Assembly (NCBI GenBank): GCA_002633005.1
Contig: NMRA01000135.1
Span: 741,681-805,680 of the forward strand
Direction: 5' to 3'
Source: Phoronis australis
Lineage: Eukaryota > Animalia > Phoronida
DNA length: 64,000 nt
Part shown: positions 36,111 to 50,484 of the stretch, in pieces
How positions within the stretch are numbered: the stretch's first letter is position 1
Layout: each line of letters starts with the position of its first letter
Program-made: the position numbers and the translations under genes
The notes under the pieces: model-generated
The model's database searches: none
What the model saw: only the letters and a program-made list of their open reading frames with translations
Told to the model about the DNA's origin: nothing

Positions 36111-38021
36111 TAAATTTAAAAACTATAGTTACATGAAGTTGACAACGGACGACGACGACTTTCAGACGGATCTGACGAACACTGTGCCCCCCTGGTGGCA
36201 ATTTCATTTTTTCCTTATTCCTTTTTTCTGAGGTTCCTTTATGGATTTTTGCGAACTTTAATGAATAGCTTTCTATTAATGGCATATTACCGTTTTCGGA
36301 TGGATTCGATGCATTTTGCGCCATTTAGTGGCCATTTTCATGATGTAAATAAACACCCCCAGAAGCAAAGCACTTGCGGTGCATTCGTGAGCGCATTTCA
36401 ACGCTCTGCGTTGCTCTGGTTTATTTTGCAGTATCTACCCAGCGTCTACAAGCACTTGAAAACGGCCAGTTTTAGTATTAACACCAACGTTCCTCTCTTA
36501 TCTGGCGTAGGCTGAATAATGAAAAGCGTTTGAGTACTATTTTTATGCCTGGGAACAGTGCTGTAGTGGTAAAATAAGAGATAAGTAGACGCCCAAAGCC
36601 CACCGTATCACCTTGAGCACTGAACGTAACTTACGGTGCGTAGGCCCTTCGTTAAAATGCGAAAAGGTGGTTGGCTGCGCCTACGTGCGCCTACGCCACA
36701 CTACAGCACTACCTGGGAACTGTGGGACCAAAGGCGTGCTGGGGAAGGCCATGGCATGCTCATGCGTCATGTTAGAAAATCGAAAGCTAAAGTTTTCCCA
36801 ATAAATTTTGTCCCTGGATGCATTAATACTTGATGAGGTCTTGAAACCCTTGTAGAAGGGAAAACAAACTGTTGTTATTATGAAATGTTTATTTAAGTTC
36901 TGTACATTGATGTATTCAAAAATACATGATGGGATGTGTTTTGAAGCAAGTTGCAGCTTGACGCTCTTTAGTCCCTTGGAATGAATTATTGACCGTATTT
37001 TACAATTTTGTAACCTTTCATGTCGTTTTGTCTCACGTTTAATCAATTTCGATGCGTGACTTTCCACATCCGTCGCACCAGAGAGGTCGGCAGTGGCAGA
37101 TCTACATTTTCAGTAAGGAGGGCTTAGGACTCGCAGGAATCCGAGGCGCGTAGCGCCGAGCGGGAGGACGTCGGAAGGGGGTCGCTCTCCTCCTGAGTAA
37201 GAATTTTTCGGCTTTTGTAGCCCCCCGTAGATCCGCCGTTCTATGGGTGGAAAGGAAGCGCATATGAATGTACTCTGGAACAGGGGAGTAATTTGCGACG
37301 ATTTTGTCCCAGTGGCTAGCAGCGTAATATTTTATGACCATTCCCCATGATAGACCCACCTGAGAATCAAAGCCGATGCTTAAGCGGTGGATCTATACCG
37401 AAACTATGTGCGTCTTCAGCCAAACACACACTCGACTGATTAAGGTTATGAAGGTACTTATCGACTTGTCAGTGTATTAAGCCAAATAACAAAAAAGTAA
37501 AATTTTCCTTTAGTAAAAGGAGAAAGCCTGTAGAATTTGATACTTGTTTTCATGCTAATTTGCTATTAGTACGGTCACGTGACCGTCTCTTTTTACTAAA
37601 ATTTAGCAAAAAAAGATAGGTATCCATTCATAGCAAAACAACGGTATCAATGACAAGATCAAATTTTGTTCTGTGTAAATGTTCAAGATGAAGGTTTCAT
37701 GTGAATCCAATCAGCCATGTCTGAGATATGATGTTCCGAGGTTTGCCAAATTTGACCATTTTAGAGGGCCCTACATAAACTTTGAACAGCCCAGCTAACC
37801 ACAGCGATTGATGACTCGACCTGAATGCCGCTTGGTGATGTCACGAAAAACACAGCCAATTACGATCTGTTATCGGAACGTTTCGTGATTATTTTTGTGT
37901 TTGAATTAACCATGAGAAGGAATACCCGCATTGGTCATTGAAGTTATTAGAATAAACACCATCGATACTACGACACAGGCAGGCAAACTCCTGGAGACAT
38001 TCCATCGACATCCTGAACATC

Positions 38022-41000
38022 ATGGTGTATTTTGTTTTCCTTTCGACAATTTTCTTGACGTCTTCTTGTCTGTTTGTACTTGTGACCGCCGGGACGTTAA
38101 GGCCTTACTTTCTATACATCAACAGAATAGCCACAGGCCAGTCCCACTGGGTGCAACCAGTCCATCGGTGTGACCGAATGCCCCCACCTCTGTGACTTGA
38201 CGCAAGGATGCAGCGCGTTCGTCTACTGCTCCGCTAATATTTCGTGTCAACTTCATACGGGCAGGGCCGTTACGCATGAAACAAGTGGGAATAATTGCAC
38301 GTTTGGCCGCAAGGTAAGACACGGTCTTCATTTCAATCGAAGAAATAGATTTTTGAAAGCAAGGCTTTTTGTGTCCCAAAATTTTCATCTGCCCACAGAT
38401 TCGTCGCAGTTTTGTAACAAAGTAGATCGAGTATTTTGCTCACGGTACGAATTGAAGCAGAATCCACGTGATCAAAACTGGATACTTGACCCAACCCGCG
38501 TTAGACGTGAAGTGTATTGAAGCACACGAATATTTTTTTTAAGTTTACGAGATCATGCGCACAAAGTAACACAGCAACACAAAATAAATCAGACTCGACC
38601 GGCTGACAGTGCTATAGTCTCGTCAATGAGATGGTTGCATTTGTATTCAAAAGTTACGAGCACAGAACAATCAGGTATAGGTCTACTGGTACAGCGGCAA
38701 CAGGCAGTCAAGTGGGTATTTAACTGTTGATCATATGAAACGGTTATTTCAAAAAAGCCGTTTGCTAATAGCGTAATAGAACTGATTCGTGTTGGTCTTG
38801 CCTATCCGAATATTATTCAAATATAAGCATGGAATGTACTTCTACATACTCTTAAAGGAATATCAAACCGGATTTTAGACCGCTAACAAATATTAAAAAC
38901 AAATTTTCCATCTAATTCTCTGAAACAAAATATTATCAATGTTCTGGAATCTCCGGCCACATTCGAAAGTTTGGGGGAAAATTTGAAAACTCCTTTTAAA
39001 GTCTGTTAAACGGACAAGCGTGACTTACGCTTTTAGTGAATTACACTTACAACTTTGGCGAAAGGCCACTCACCAATTAGTTGAGTCCTGCTTTCATATC
39101 GTTCAAGAAAGTGGCCACTAATGCATAAGCAGACGAGAGAACGAGGATCGTTTGAAATCATCCAAACATGTTTTAGTATCCTTTTAACTATACGACTCCT
39201 CCTTTTAGATAAGTTTTCAAATCATTACTAATTTGCAACCCAAAGTTACCTAGCTTTCCAAAATATTATTCCTAAAAGATATGTAGATATTCATCGGGCT
39301 TATTTGACTCGATTCACCAAACATTAGAGCCAAGCTTTCAGATACAGCATTGGAGTCCATTACCAATATCAGTTTATTCGGATGTAAAAGGTATTTTAAT
39401 GATACTGAAATATTCAGGCATTTATTATCGGTGCTCTACTTGCGCTTATAGCGATATTTCAATCGAAATTAATGGAAACACTCCATTTTATCTTGACGTT
39501 CAATTTACTTTTGCAGGTTTTTAAGGGCTGTGAAGATCATGGTGAGTGAATCATAAGTACAGGATGACAATCGTGTAGTCTATATTGTCGTCAGTTACGT
39601 TATGATTTAAGCAAATGAAATGTAAATGTTTCCGTATAGAATAGTATAACTAGGCAGTAGTGCCCTCTGGTGCAGAGTTCGTTAAAAACGATGCGACATT
39701 CATTGTTGGATAACTTCTTTCTGAATTTCTAGTATTGTCTAAAAATAGGCTACTCCTTGACAGCCGATCGCATCTATGCAGTAGCTCCCCGAGCGACATC
39801 GCTAAAAGTTATTTAAAATTGTATTAAAATTACATTACACCCCAGTACTTCGAATAGTACGTCGCATTCAGTTAGAATACACTACAATATAATTCCAGGA
39901 CTTCCAAGGACGTTCTACATTCTTCAACTGATCATGTAGACTGTTGGTCATGAGATTTCGGAAACTACTAGTGTCGCCCTCTTTTAGAGATATCGAAAGT
40001 GTTGTTTAAAAAGAAAAATGCCTAATTCCTGATGCTACTTATTCAGACGACTAAGCAAACTCACTGCTCTGTCTCATCTTTAATGGTAAATGCTAACACG
40101 TCTGTATTGCCCTATCTGTTTAGAGTTCATCGCCGTCTTTTCTTAGCGTTTAACTCATACGCCACGCGAACCTTTCTTTTTTTAAAATCGTATTTTAACG
40201 GAAATAGCTGTAACTTCCACAAATGTGAAAACTTACGCCAGATACGTGCAAATTTTATTTATTATTTGTCATTTCTTTCAAAGACTTTTACATGTAGCAC
40301 GAGAAATGTTGACTAAAGTCTGCAACAGTCCACTGCTCAGATCTCTGCCAAGATGACTTGCGATAATATTCCAACTAAAAGAAACAGAATTTGCGAGTTT
40401 CGTACGGAAATTAGGGGATTCCTTAAAAAACATAGCCACGTGACTACAAAAATCCAGACACTGTTGTCGTATACATGTCTCTTTGCTTACCTGTGGTACC
40501 CACGTGCTTAACATTTAGTAATTTAAAAAGTACTTGAAGAAATGCGCTCTTCAGTAACGAGGTTAGCCAGTCCCATGTACCTTAAAGTGCTTAAAACCAC
40601 CATTTACCTTGTTTTGACAAGTGGCAACATCACTAAAACTTCCTTTGTAGCACTGTATATAACAACCATTTTATCAATATCCCCAAATCGAGAAAATATG
40701 AGAAGAGCGACTTCAGTTGAAAATTTCTTTGCTCCGGCACCGACATGGCCGTGAGCTGAGTGTGACGTAAGGACTTACGCGACGCCAATGTGTCACAGGT
40801 GAGGATTTAGAGGGGGACCAAGGGGGCCATGCCCCACCCTAAAATTTTCCCAGATTCCATTAAGCCCCTGCTGCCATGCCCATTAACACACGAATTTGAT
40901 GTACAAACTTGTGCCATACCCACGCCTCTCCGACGTCCGGCGTAAAAATGAAAAGAACACAATCACCACAAACGCAACGCTTCGAAATTCCTTATTGTAC

Positions 41001-42169
41001 TGTAAACTAAAGGAAAACGGACAGCAATGATATCTGTCGACTTTTTCCCACTAAGTACAATCATGGAGAACGACTAGTGCTGTGTTGTCCCGATTTTATG
41101 TAGTATGTATCGGCCAATACTGCTCGTAGCATGAGATCAGCTAATTAACAAATCGTCAGATAGCGTTTGCTTTGGGCATGTACATTTTCGAGTGGCTTCA
41201 AATCTTCGATGGTTGCAATCTCCTGAGACAGGTACACCTCGTCACTCATTAAAGCAACGAGTCAGCGAACAGTCGGCTACTTGGACACGGAATGTACCAA
41301 TTCAAAATGTTCATCCAATCAATATATCAGACCACATGAGGCTTGCACTCCCACCAAGTTTTTTGCAGTTACAAGGCATGGCCGATGAAGGTCTTTGGTA
41401 CTGTTCAGTAAACGCAAGAAACTCGCCAGTAAAGATAGTGTTCATGTGCTTCGCGTGTAATACATGGTGATGTTTCACGAAGACTTTCGGGATCTTGGTT
41501 TTGTCTCAAACTTGGTCTAGGGAACCCAGTCATTTTTTGCGTCTTTCAGATCTGCCAGGCCTACGTCATACCCTCATCCATCCTGCGTGGAGTCAAGAGT
41601 CATTCATGGTAGTCTGTGACGGAAACTGGACGGTACTGATGACCCGTAAAGATGGAAGCGTGTCGTTTGATCGCTCCTGGCAAGACTACAAGGTGGGATT
41701 TGGAAATCTCAGCGAATTTTGGCTTGGCAACGAAGTTGCTCACAACTTCACTAAGCAATCACAGTGTGAGCTTGCAGTAGAGATACAATCTTTTGACGAC
41801 GAGGTATCCTACTTCCGCTACACTGCTTTCTATGTTGGCAGTGAAAACAGCAATTTCCAGTTATCTTTTGATAAAGTAGATCCCTATAATTGGGGTGAAG
41901 GGTTGGTTGACTTAAATTATGCAAAGTTCTCTACATTTGACCGTGACAATGATGCGTGCGGAGGGGAATTGTGTAATTGTGCCTCCAAGCGAAAAGGCGG
42001 ATGGTGGTATACCGCATGTGGCCCTATAGCCCTAACAGCCACGTACCCGCACAACGCAACCTATTGTCCGAATGGGGCATCGCTTTTAAACTGTATGAAA
42101 CATTATAGCAGGCCTCGTGGCTCTCAAGTATTGCTGAGGTCAGCAGTATTGAAATTTAGAAAGACATAG
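38022..42169 (+). CDS. Secreted PAN/apple-like + fibrinogen C-terminal (FReD) lectin-like protein; exons ~38022-38313, 39517-39541, 41550-42169; apparent frameshift in exon 1
   Basis: Signal MVYFVFLSTIFLTSSCLFVLVTA; ECPHLCDLTQGCSAFVY...SCQLH (PAN-like); AAG|GTAAGA; 25-nt micro-exon TTGCAG|VFKGCEDH|GTGAGT; phase-1 join to TTTCAG|AT; FReD motifs DGSVSFDRSWQDYKVGFG, EFWLGNE, FSTFDRDND, GGWWY..C. Confidence 0.8.
38856..39184. mobile_element. Kolobok-type MITE, same family as 30244-30593, opposite orientation
   Basis: TTAA flanks; its reverse complement begins AGGATACTAAAACATGTTTGGATGATTTCAAACGATCCTCG, matching 30244. Confidence 0.7.
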
Positions 42170-45100
42170 GTAAGTTTGAATTTCTTCACGCAACTTTGGT
42201 GAAATTTTCAAAAATAACTACGTTCAATATGAAAACAAAACCTTCGCAAGCCGTGTTATTGCTTTTGTTGCGTTCTTCTGCTCCCACCTGGGCACAGGTC
42301 TGACGAGACCATTGACATTTAATACATAGACCGGGCGCGTGCCACTCAGATACATGAAGCTCGCGTTGTCAATATGACGCCATATTGGAGAGTGTTACAC
42401 AGGACAAAAACGGCGGAAAACACTGGGACTCTGGGAGCCCTTCGGCATCAATCAGAAAATCCGGGGTCTCGCAGCGTTATGCCTGCAGCCAAAGAGTTTA
42501 CTTAATTTTTTGGTGCTGCCCTTGAGTCATGGGCTTTTTGGTTCGGCCATGGAGCTTAGTGGTGCTGCCACTAGGTTTTTAAGTTCTGCCAACACAGTTT
42601 AAGCTGAACGACTATGCGTTGTTTCCAAATCAGTCCTGGTGATTGAGGCCATATAAGATCAATTAAAAAGATAGTTATTGACCAGCATATGCTGTTATCC
42701 AATGATGATGCTGTTTGTTATTTGCAATTAAGTAAATATTTGGTATTAATGACAATCATATGCATTTTTACTCGTACTGAAAAATAATATCCCTGAACTT
42801 TCTCGCCAGCCATCCAAATCAGTATGTATTCTCTATTGAAATATATAGGCCTACTGCTTTAAAAACTCATTTCTTAATATGTATTCCAAAATCAGACGTT
42901 TTCTGTATCAAAACAAACAAATCCCTGCAAAATCTGTACTTATGTCGAAGTTGATATTGGAAATTTTGTAGATTTGCACTGCATGCTTACGAGCTCTTTG
43001 TTTTGCGACTCAAAACTTGAGCAAAAAGTAAAGCGCGTAGTAACCAAAGTATCAAACCTGTACGACTGAATTGCGCAACTGAGCTATAGTATAGCCAAAA
43101 TACAGAATTTCCCACTCGAAACCGAGTGGAAAATACCCAACAGAGCCAGTGTAGCATTAAATAATGATCTCGTGAAAAAATGACCCCAGTTAGTTTTTTC
43201 ACAAGGTCTAAATTTAATCTGAAGAATTTTCAGCCCATGAAAAAATTACCTCACGTCTGTGAAAACCTGTCTCGTCATTGTTCAACGGTTCCCCCGCAAC
43301 AGGGGGTTAGGATAAGCAGACACGTTACCCGCAATTGGCGATCTTTCAACAATGTTCGATACGCGGATGTTTAGGTCTGGGGGTCACCTGAGTTGGCGCG
43401 CGGCAAGGGGAATTTTGCGTTTTCAATATATGCCGCAATTAGGGAGTGAAAGTACTGAACGGCGTGCAGACCAGGAATATGGTGTGGGGGAGTTGGGCTG
43501 AAGCGAAAACAATCACTACCTTTCTAACAGTCATCCTTCATTCAGTTGCCCAAATTGGCAACTCTGGCCATTTTTGCACTGCTCGTGCCAGGATATGATA
43601 TCTGACTACTGAACTACATGAAGACCAATCCAAAATACTTGGCCACATGTTAAGAATCTTCCTATCGCAGCCAAATTTTCTTACTATCAAAGTCAAATTT
43701 GATACCATGAGAAGGCCAAGCGTGCGTGAGAGAAGAATTCATTTTTTCGGCTGAGGGATGCGCTGTATGTATATCTGATTTAGTGCGGGGATGGATAGGA
43801 ACGGTTCGAAATAATGTGTGGGAGAGGGGACGATCTCTATGTGAGCACATAATTACACGGTTTGGGGATACTACAAAACGCCAACAGTGTCTGGCGCTTG
43901 TTTGGGGGGAATTCAGATCCGTGAGAGGGGAATACTGTGCATGAGAGAAGAATATTTGTATGTTGGAAATCCCGAGCGATGCACAGGAAAGAACTGAGTC
44001 TGTATTCTTTGCGTTTTACATTACGACCTTGTCCCGTTGAGTCTAATTTGTTAGGTTGTATAGCACAACAAGTTGGGCGGATGACGGTGCATGGGCGGCG
44101 CAGCACTGAAAAAAGAGGGGGGAGGCTATAGGTTCCCCAGACCCCTATGGTGCACCGCACAAGTCATGCGCTGTAGCCAATATCTTAGTACACTGACGAT
44201 TCAGAAGTCCATTGTGGCAATTAGGGGAGGGAGGTTCAGCTTTTTTGTTCGATAATTGGTCTAATCTCCAATAAGATCGTACATGTATCTTATAGCCTCA
44301 TTGGGCTGTGCTGTTAAAAATAAGATAACTTATAAAATGTTTGAGCATGAACCAATGACATTTCTGAATTCCCAATCAAATATACTCTGATTATGCTTAT
44401 GGTTTTTGAATCATCAAAATCGCCCAAGAAAAGACAATCTAGCTATTCTGTCCGATCGTACCAACGCACTGGGTTCGACTGTGTTCACAGGTGATCGGCA
44501 ATAAGTCTTGTAGATAATTGAACTGCATGTTTTTATACCAGACAAAAGACTGTGCTCGGCAATTAACAAAGGAGCTAGATGTTATCACACGCCCGCAATC
44601 GTTGTCCGTCTGGTGAAGTCACTGAACGGGAAAACGCCCTAATGAACCTTAAAAACTTCAGTGTCATTCATTTACATGATCTCAATGAGATCAGTTTTCA
44701 CAGTAGTTCACATTAAATTTAGACCCCCATTAAAAACGACCCGGGTCATGTTTTAATTTTAGAAAGTTACCCGGGGTTATTTTTCCGACTGAGAAGTCTC
44801 CTATTGGGACCCCACGAAAGTACGTCCCAAGTGAACAGCACGTCTCCAGGATATAATGTATTTGCATCGAGTGACACGAATTAAATGTTAAATTTGCGCG
44901 ATCTTACTGGTTTCTCTTGAAAAAACGAAAAAATAAAACGCTTGCAATGGATTGACAAGCGTGCAGCCGCTCAGGCCACTCGAGAATCTCACTCGCTGGT
45001 TGCGATCTTCCATTAGTTTGATATTTTCCCTATAGACTGATTGACTCTTAAAAACGCATGTAAGTGCTACGTCTTGTGTTTTTTATGTTTCTGGAAAAAA

Positions 45101-45186
45101 TCACATCCTCGATTCTGCTAGTCTAGTTCCATTTGATAACTGAACGTTCTGTTCTTGTACATGACACTAGACGACAGGCGAACTAA

Positions 45187-45692
45187 AGGCCCTTTCATAT
45201 TGACTTAACTCCGTTCTGAGCGGAGCGTCGACGTAAACAGCGCAGTTAACTGGACCGTTCATACTGGCTTCGGTAGTTAATGACCATCGAAGTAAAGGGT
45301 TGGTGACCCTGACGTCATCGAAGTTATCGCAAGGTAGCGCTGCACGCTAAGATTTTTTTCAATGTGACAATCTGGAACATTTAAATGTGCTAAATGACAT
45401 AAAACTCATTTTTAAATCGATTGGTTATCATTAAACCCAAAAATAAGTAGTTATTAGTGACGGCACTACTCTGTAACTGTTGATGATAACAGTGGCACCT
45501 GGCGATAACTTCGATTGGACCGGAGTTAAGCGTTCATACTGCACCGCAGCGTCGACGCTGCGGTCTTAAATCCACCTGTTAACTGCGATGTTAACTGGAG
45601 CTCTTAACTGCGATCCAGGACCGGAGTTAAGCGTTCATACTGACCGCAACTCCCCAAACCATCGACGCGTCGACGTTAGTATGAAAGGCCCT
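45187..45692. mobile_element. PIF/Harbinger-type MITE with palindrome-rich subterminal repeats
   Basis: TAA|AGGCCCTTTCATA...TATGAAAGGCCCT|TTA (TWA flanks); internal repeats of GCGTCGACG, GTTAACTG and GGAGTTAAGCGTTCATACTG. Confidence 0.7.
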
Positions 45693-46754
45693 TTAGGCGC
45701 TAAAATTCTGTGACGTCAACAAGTCTGCGACCAATGACCTATATTTATCTCATTGTCTGCGACTGCGTGTGGCATAGTTTCCTTTTTAGTCAAGAAAGTT
45801 TGTCGCCTCGCTGGTTCCCTGCGTGCAGCTAGGTGGGGCGGTAGCCGCGCCAGCACGCAGGTATCACTTTATTTTCCTCGGGAAATGTTTTTACTCCGGC
45901 GTTTCTGATTGGCTAGTCGAATTCTCAACAGGCCGGCCCCATTTGGCAAAGTAGGCAAAAAGATCCGCCTCAAAGAAATAAAATTTCTCAGAAAACGAGA
46001 CAAAATTCCATTAAATAGACAGATATTCAGCGAAAGCACAATTAATAGTTCTGAACGAATCTCGTTTTCCCGTTTTTTTTTTTATTTTTTATTTAGTACC
46101 CCGTAAAAAGTCCACATTCTTAAATATTCGAGCCCAGTATAGGCTGGGTGCGCGCATGTAATAGTGTCATTGTTTTATGTTATGTAACATTATTTGTTTT
46201 GTGTACATGCTTGTTGAGATAACACACTGCTAGAGATAATTAACCTACGATTGTAAACTATGCTATTGTGTGGTAATTATTGCAATGCATTGTAAAGTAA
46301 TGTGACATTTGAATGTTCCATGTGAGATTTGTTCAGTTGTGCCATGTTACAATAGAAATGGTACATGGCACAAACACTACATTTGTGACACGGGTTTTTC
46401 ATAGCAAAACGATATAATGAATTTTAGGAGAAATTTTTGCATTTAGTTAATAAAAAATTATTGATTTTCAAAACGGTTGAATGTTTAAAACATTAAAGCG
46501 CGATGCCTAATTACCAATAGATAATGTTTAGACCACTTTGGTCACTTATAACCAAATTATCAATAAATGACTTAAATATTCAACAAAATTATATCACATT
46601 TTTGCTTTATTTTCTTAATGACGATTGCCTTGCGCTAATTAATTTGCATTAAAAATGTTTCTTTTCAAGACTTGCACTAAATTGGTGACAAGAAAACATT
46701 TTGATCTTAGATTTTAAACTGCTTCAGGCAAAATTGTGAAATTATAAAGATAAA

Positions 46755-47670
46755 ATTAAGTAAAACAGATGAGTGTAATTGAAATATTCTGCAGTTTTAG
46801 TAACAGGCACCACCTCTTATGATATATTGCACCAATTACACTGGTCTGTTTCAAATAATTCTTCATTTTCAAAGTCATATGTGAGGAACTTAATGAAACA
46901 TTCCATGGCACTTTTGTTGACTTTAGAACATTACACAACCTTTGACCCATCCGAGATCATCCATTTATTGATCATGAACGTTACATTCGTGACATTGATC
47001 CCAATTTTGATTATTTTTATTATAAAAATTGTAAAAATCTATTTAGAGTATCCCTGACAATCGGCGTATGCTTAAAGATTCTTCATATACAGCCTTTGGG
47101 CAGCTGTCAGGCGAACGCAAAGTAAAAGTATAAAACAGGTGAGTGTAACTGATACATTGCGTAATTTGAGAGTGCGCACTGTGTCAAGTACACTCATCTG
47201 TTTGAAATATTTCTTTAACTTAAAAATGCTCCATGTGATGTTTTGCTGATATTATTCCATGGAACTTTAATCTTAGATGACTGAATAACATTGTTTCCAG
47301 AAAAACAGTTCATCTATTTTTACATTCCTGACATTGGTCCCAATTTTGAGTATTTTTATTATAAAATTTGTGAAAATCTATTCAGAGCATTCCTAATAAA
47401 CATACTCAAACTTGCACAATAGGTTATGTTTATATATAACAACCTTTGGACAGTTGTCAGGTGAACGCAAGTAAAAGTATAAAAACAGGTTAGTGTAATT
47501 GATACACTGTGTAATTTGAGTTGCTTACTGTATCAAGTACACTCATCTGTTTGAAACATTTTTTTAACTTAAAAATGTTCCATGTGATGTTTTGCTGAAA
47601 TCATTCCGTGGAACTTTAATATTAGATGACTGGATGACATTGTCTCCGGCAAAACAGTTCATCCATTTGT
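46755..47670. repeat. ~350-bp tandem repeat, ~2.6 diverged copies
   Basis: Units start AGTAAAA(GTATAAAA)CAG.TGAGTGTAA.TGA at ~46759, ~47121 and ~47470. Confidence 0.75.
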
Positions 47671-49968
47671 CTTGAAAGTCACAATTACTATTACTTCTTT
47701 CCTATTCCTAGCATGATTGTCATGGAAAACTATTTTGAAAGAATGAAACATAAAGCTGGCATTAATTACAGAGTAGATGTACCTGCTTGGCACATTTCAT
47801 TCTTCTGAATTGTGAACTAACATTTTCTGTGTTCACTATCACAACACTTTTTTCTAATGTTTGTGTTCATCAATTCTGAATATAATGAAGATTTTGAATA
47901 ACTGTCTGGAACAGCTTTGGTAATTATACAGATATTGACTCCCAGCGTCAGTCAGTTAGTAGCTTCCGTGCAGTTTTGATCACTTAAGTCGTGTTTGAAG
48001 TGTAAATGACATTGTTTTGTGTTATGAATTATTATTCACTTCGTGTACATGTTTATTGAGATAATACATAGTTAGAGGTTATTAAGTTTTGATATTGAGT
48101 CGTACTGATTGCATCGTATTGTATATATAGATTATTACATGGCGAAGTCGTTATCCCCAGCCAAATCGTTATCTCACTAGTGAGATAACTTTATGGGTTA
48201 TTACACGGTTGTATCTGCCATTTGACGCTAATATTGTGGTATAAAATAATGTCTTTTAATTTATTCCTAGGGTGTTCAGTGTCTTCAACTATAATAAAGT
48301 TTTAACGTCAACCTTACATATACAATCTAACCATCTCTTATTACTTTGCATAGGTTATCCCCAGTTCACTATGAGCACATTGTGATCTGCCTACATGTAA
48401 GTGTTGTTTCATGTGACCTGTAATTATATTCGTGTTTGTCACTGGCAGAAACTTGTTGTTTCTTTTTACTCGAGTCTCTGTAAGCTAAGATAACTTCGAA
48501 CTGACATGAATATTACACCATCTCATGGTCATTTGACAATTCCAGCTCACTGTCTACCCATTTTCATTTATCTTGTTGCCAGAAGGAGAGGCAGCTATTG
48601 CCGACTAACTCCAACTCACTGTGTCTCTTCGTTTTACAATTTGACCACCAGATGGGGCACCTGTTGGTTGTTTGATGGCAACCCGATGGCTCTATAGTCG
48701 GCTGGCGACTGGATAACCTGTGCTCAAATAGGGACTCGGCTAAGTTCCCTAAATCTAATGCGTATTTTTGGACATGTGAAATAATCGATTGCCCTTCCTT
48801 GTATTGTTTTACTTGCATTACTAAGTCAACTTTTGACTTTGATACAAATCGAGAGTGAACTCAGATGTTGAATTTGTCAGTATTATCGAAAATGATTCGG
48901 GATCTTTTCATCTGCAACACCCCCAACTTAAGGACTGAGTCCCTACTGAACTCTGAGCTTAGAAAATGTCATTAATCAAAAAGGAGCTCATAATAAGGAT
49001 GAAATGAAAAATATTACATCCGTGAGCCCATAAAGACACATATGCAAAGACTTAGGACTGTTTCATGCAACCGGCCACTGGTTCCCGGGCCTCACACTTT
49101 GACGTCAAGGAACCCTATAGCCTAAGAGCTTGTGCAGGAGACTTGGGACTGGGTCGCCAACCGAAGCGACATCTTTCGAGAAAATGGATGGCAATGACCA
49201 ACTAACTTTGGGAGTCCACTTACCTTTGAGACGAGGGGGGAGGGGCATTGTAAAACAATCTGAGAGATTGACCATAAGTTAACTGGTTGCCATCTAGCAA
49301 CCAACAGCTGCTCAACCTGGTGTTAAAACCTAAAACTACTTGGGACAGATTGTGAAATTGGTTGAGGGATACATACGCCCTCTCGTGACTGATAAATGAA
49401 ACAGTAGGAGTAACGTGCACACCTAACCAGTTGGATGAATCAATGTAAGATTCTGACATGTATGAACTCTACAAGCTGCTGATGCGCCAACCCTGGTCCC
49501 AAAGAGTAATGAACCGCTAATTCTTTGAAAAAAATAAAACAAAGATCACTTCTCATTCAGCACAGAAATCGGGTTTAAAGTGTCGGGGTTTGTCAAGAAA
49601 ATAAAGACAGCGAAACAAGGAGAAGAGAGGAAATTCGAGAGAATATTTCTCAGCTACGAGTGCTTGATTTATCTTTTGAGGTTCCTGGCCATGATTGCTG
49701 TTAGACGCCCCATTTCTTGCAGACACACTCAATTTCAAATTACACACTTAATCATCATACATAATTTCCACACAGTCGAGAAAATTTGTGAAGCACGGCT
49801 TTTGCAGACAATAATAAGGATTTTAAATTCAAGAAGACACTTTTAGGGATTGCAAATCTATTTTTCTCCAGGGACTCTTCTCTGGCAAGGGATAATGGAG
49901 TCATATGCTGCTCTCTTTATTTCGTTTTTTCTCGAAATTGTATATCACGTGATGAAAATTGAGAACCT

Positions 49969-50484
49969 AGACCTGGAGAATCACACCATTATCTTTGCCA
50001 CCGATTCCATGGCAGTGTTGATGGAAGTTCAATCTGGAAACCTCCCAGCCAACTGGGGTGTCTTCCGATCACGCCACCCTCATCATGTGGTGATCTGGTC
50101 TTTCGTACCTGGCCACGCCGGTGTCTTGATTAATGAGCGTGCAGATTACCTCGCTGGCTCATGCACCACCAACCAACCCCTCTACTTATATTCGGCTGAC
50201 ATTAAGCTGCTGGCTCGCAAACGCAACCTCGAGCAGACTGCATCCCAGCTAGCTGAGTTCAATGATGGCAGCCGCCTGCTCGAAGCCGGTATTATTTATG
50301 GCCATGCTGCGGAGAGTCACAAGAAGGGCCGTGCCCGAGTGCTGTCTAATCAAATGCTTACAGGCAACGTCAGCCCTGGAGTTCTGCGCCTTCTGCTGTC
50401 ACGGGGATGGTCTGGGGAGGGGATTAATGCACCAGCATATCCCCAATAATCCTGTCCGTGACAGGTATTATTACAGGTATTATT
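49969..50484 (+). mobile_element. 5'-truncated non-LTR retrotransposon fragment encoding RNase H
   Basis: IFATDSMAVL...WSFVPGHAGVLINERADYLA RNase H motifs; stop at 50449; TAT-rich tail; 11-bp TSD ATTGAGAACCT at 49958-49968 and 50485-50495. Confidence 0.85.

Noticed and set aside
49850-49968. N-terminal part of the 199-aa ORF as a host RNase H gene
   Set aside because: Lies outside the TSD-bounded LINE fragment; chance read-through of flanking DNA.
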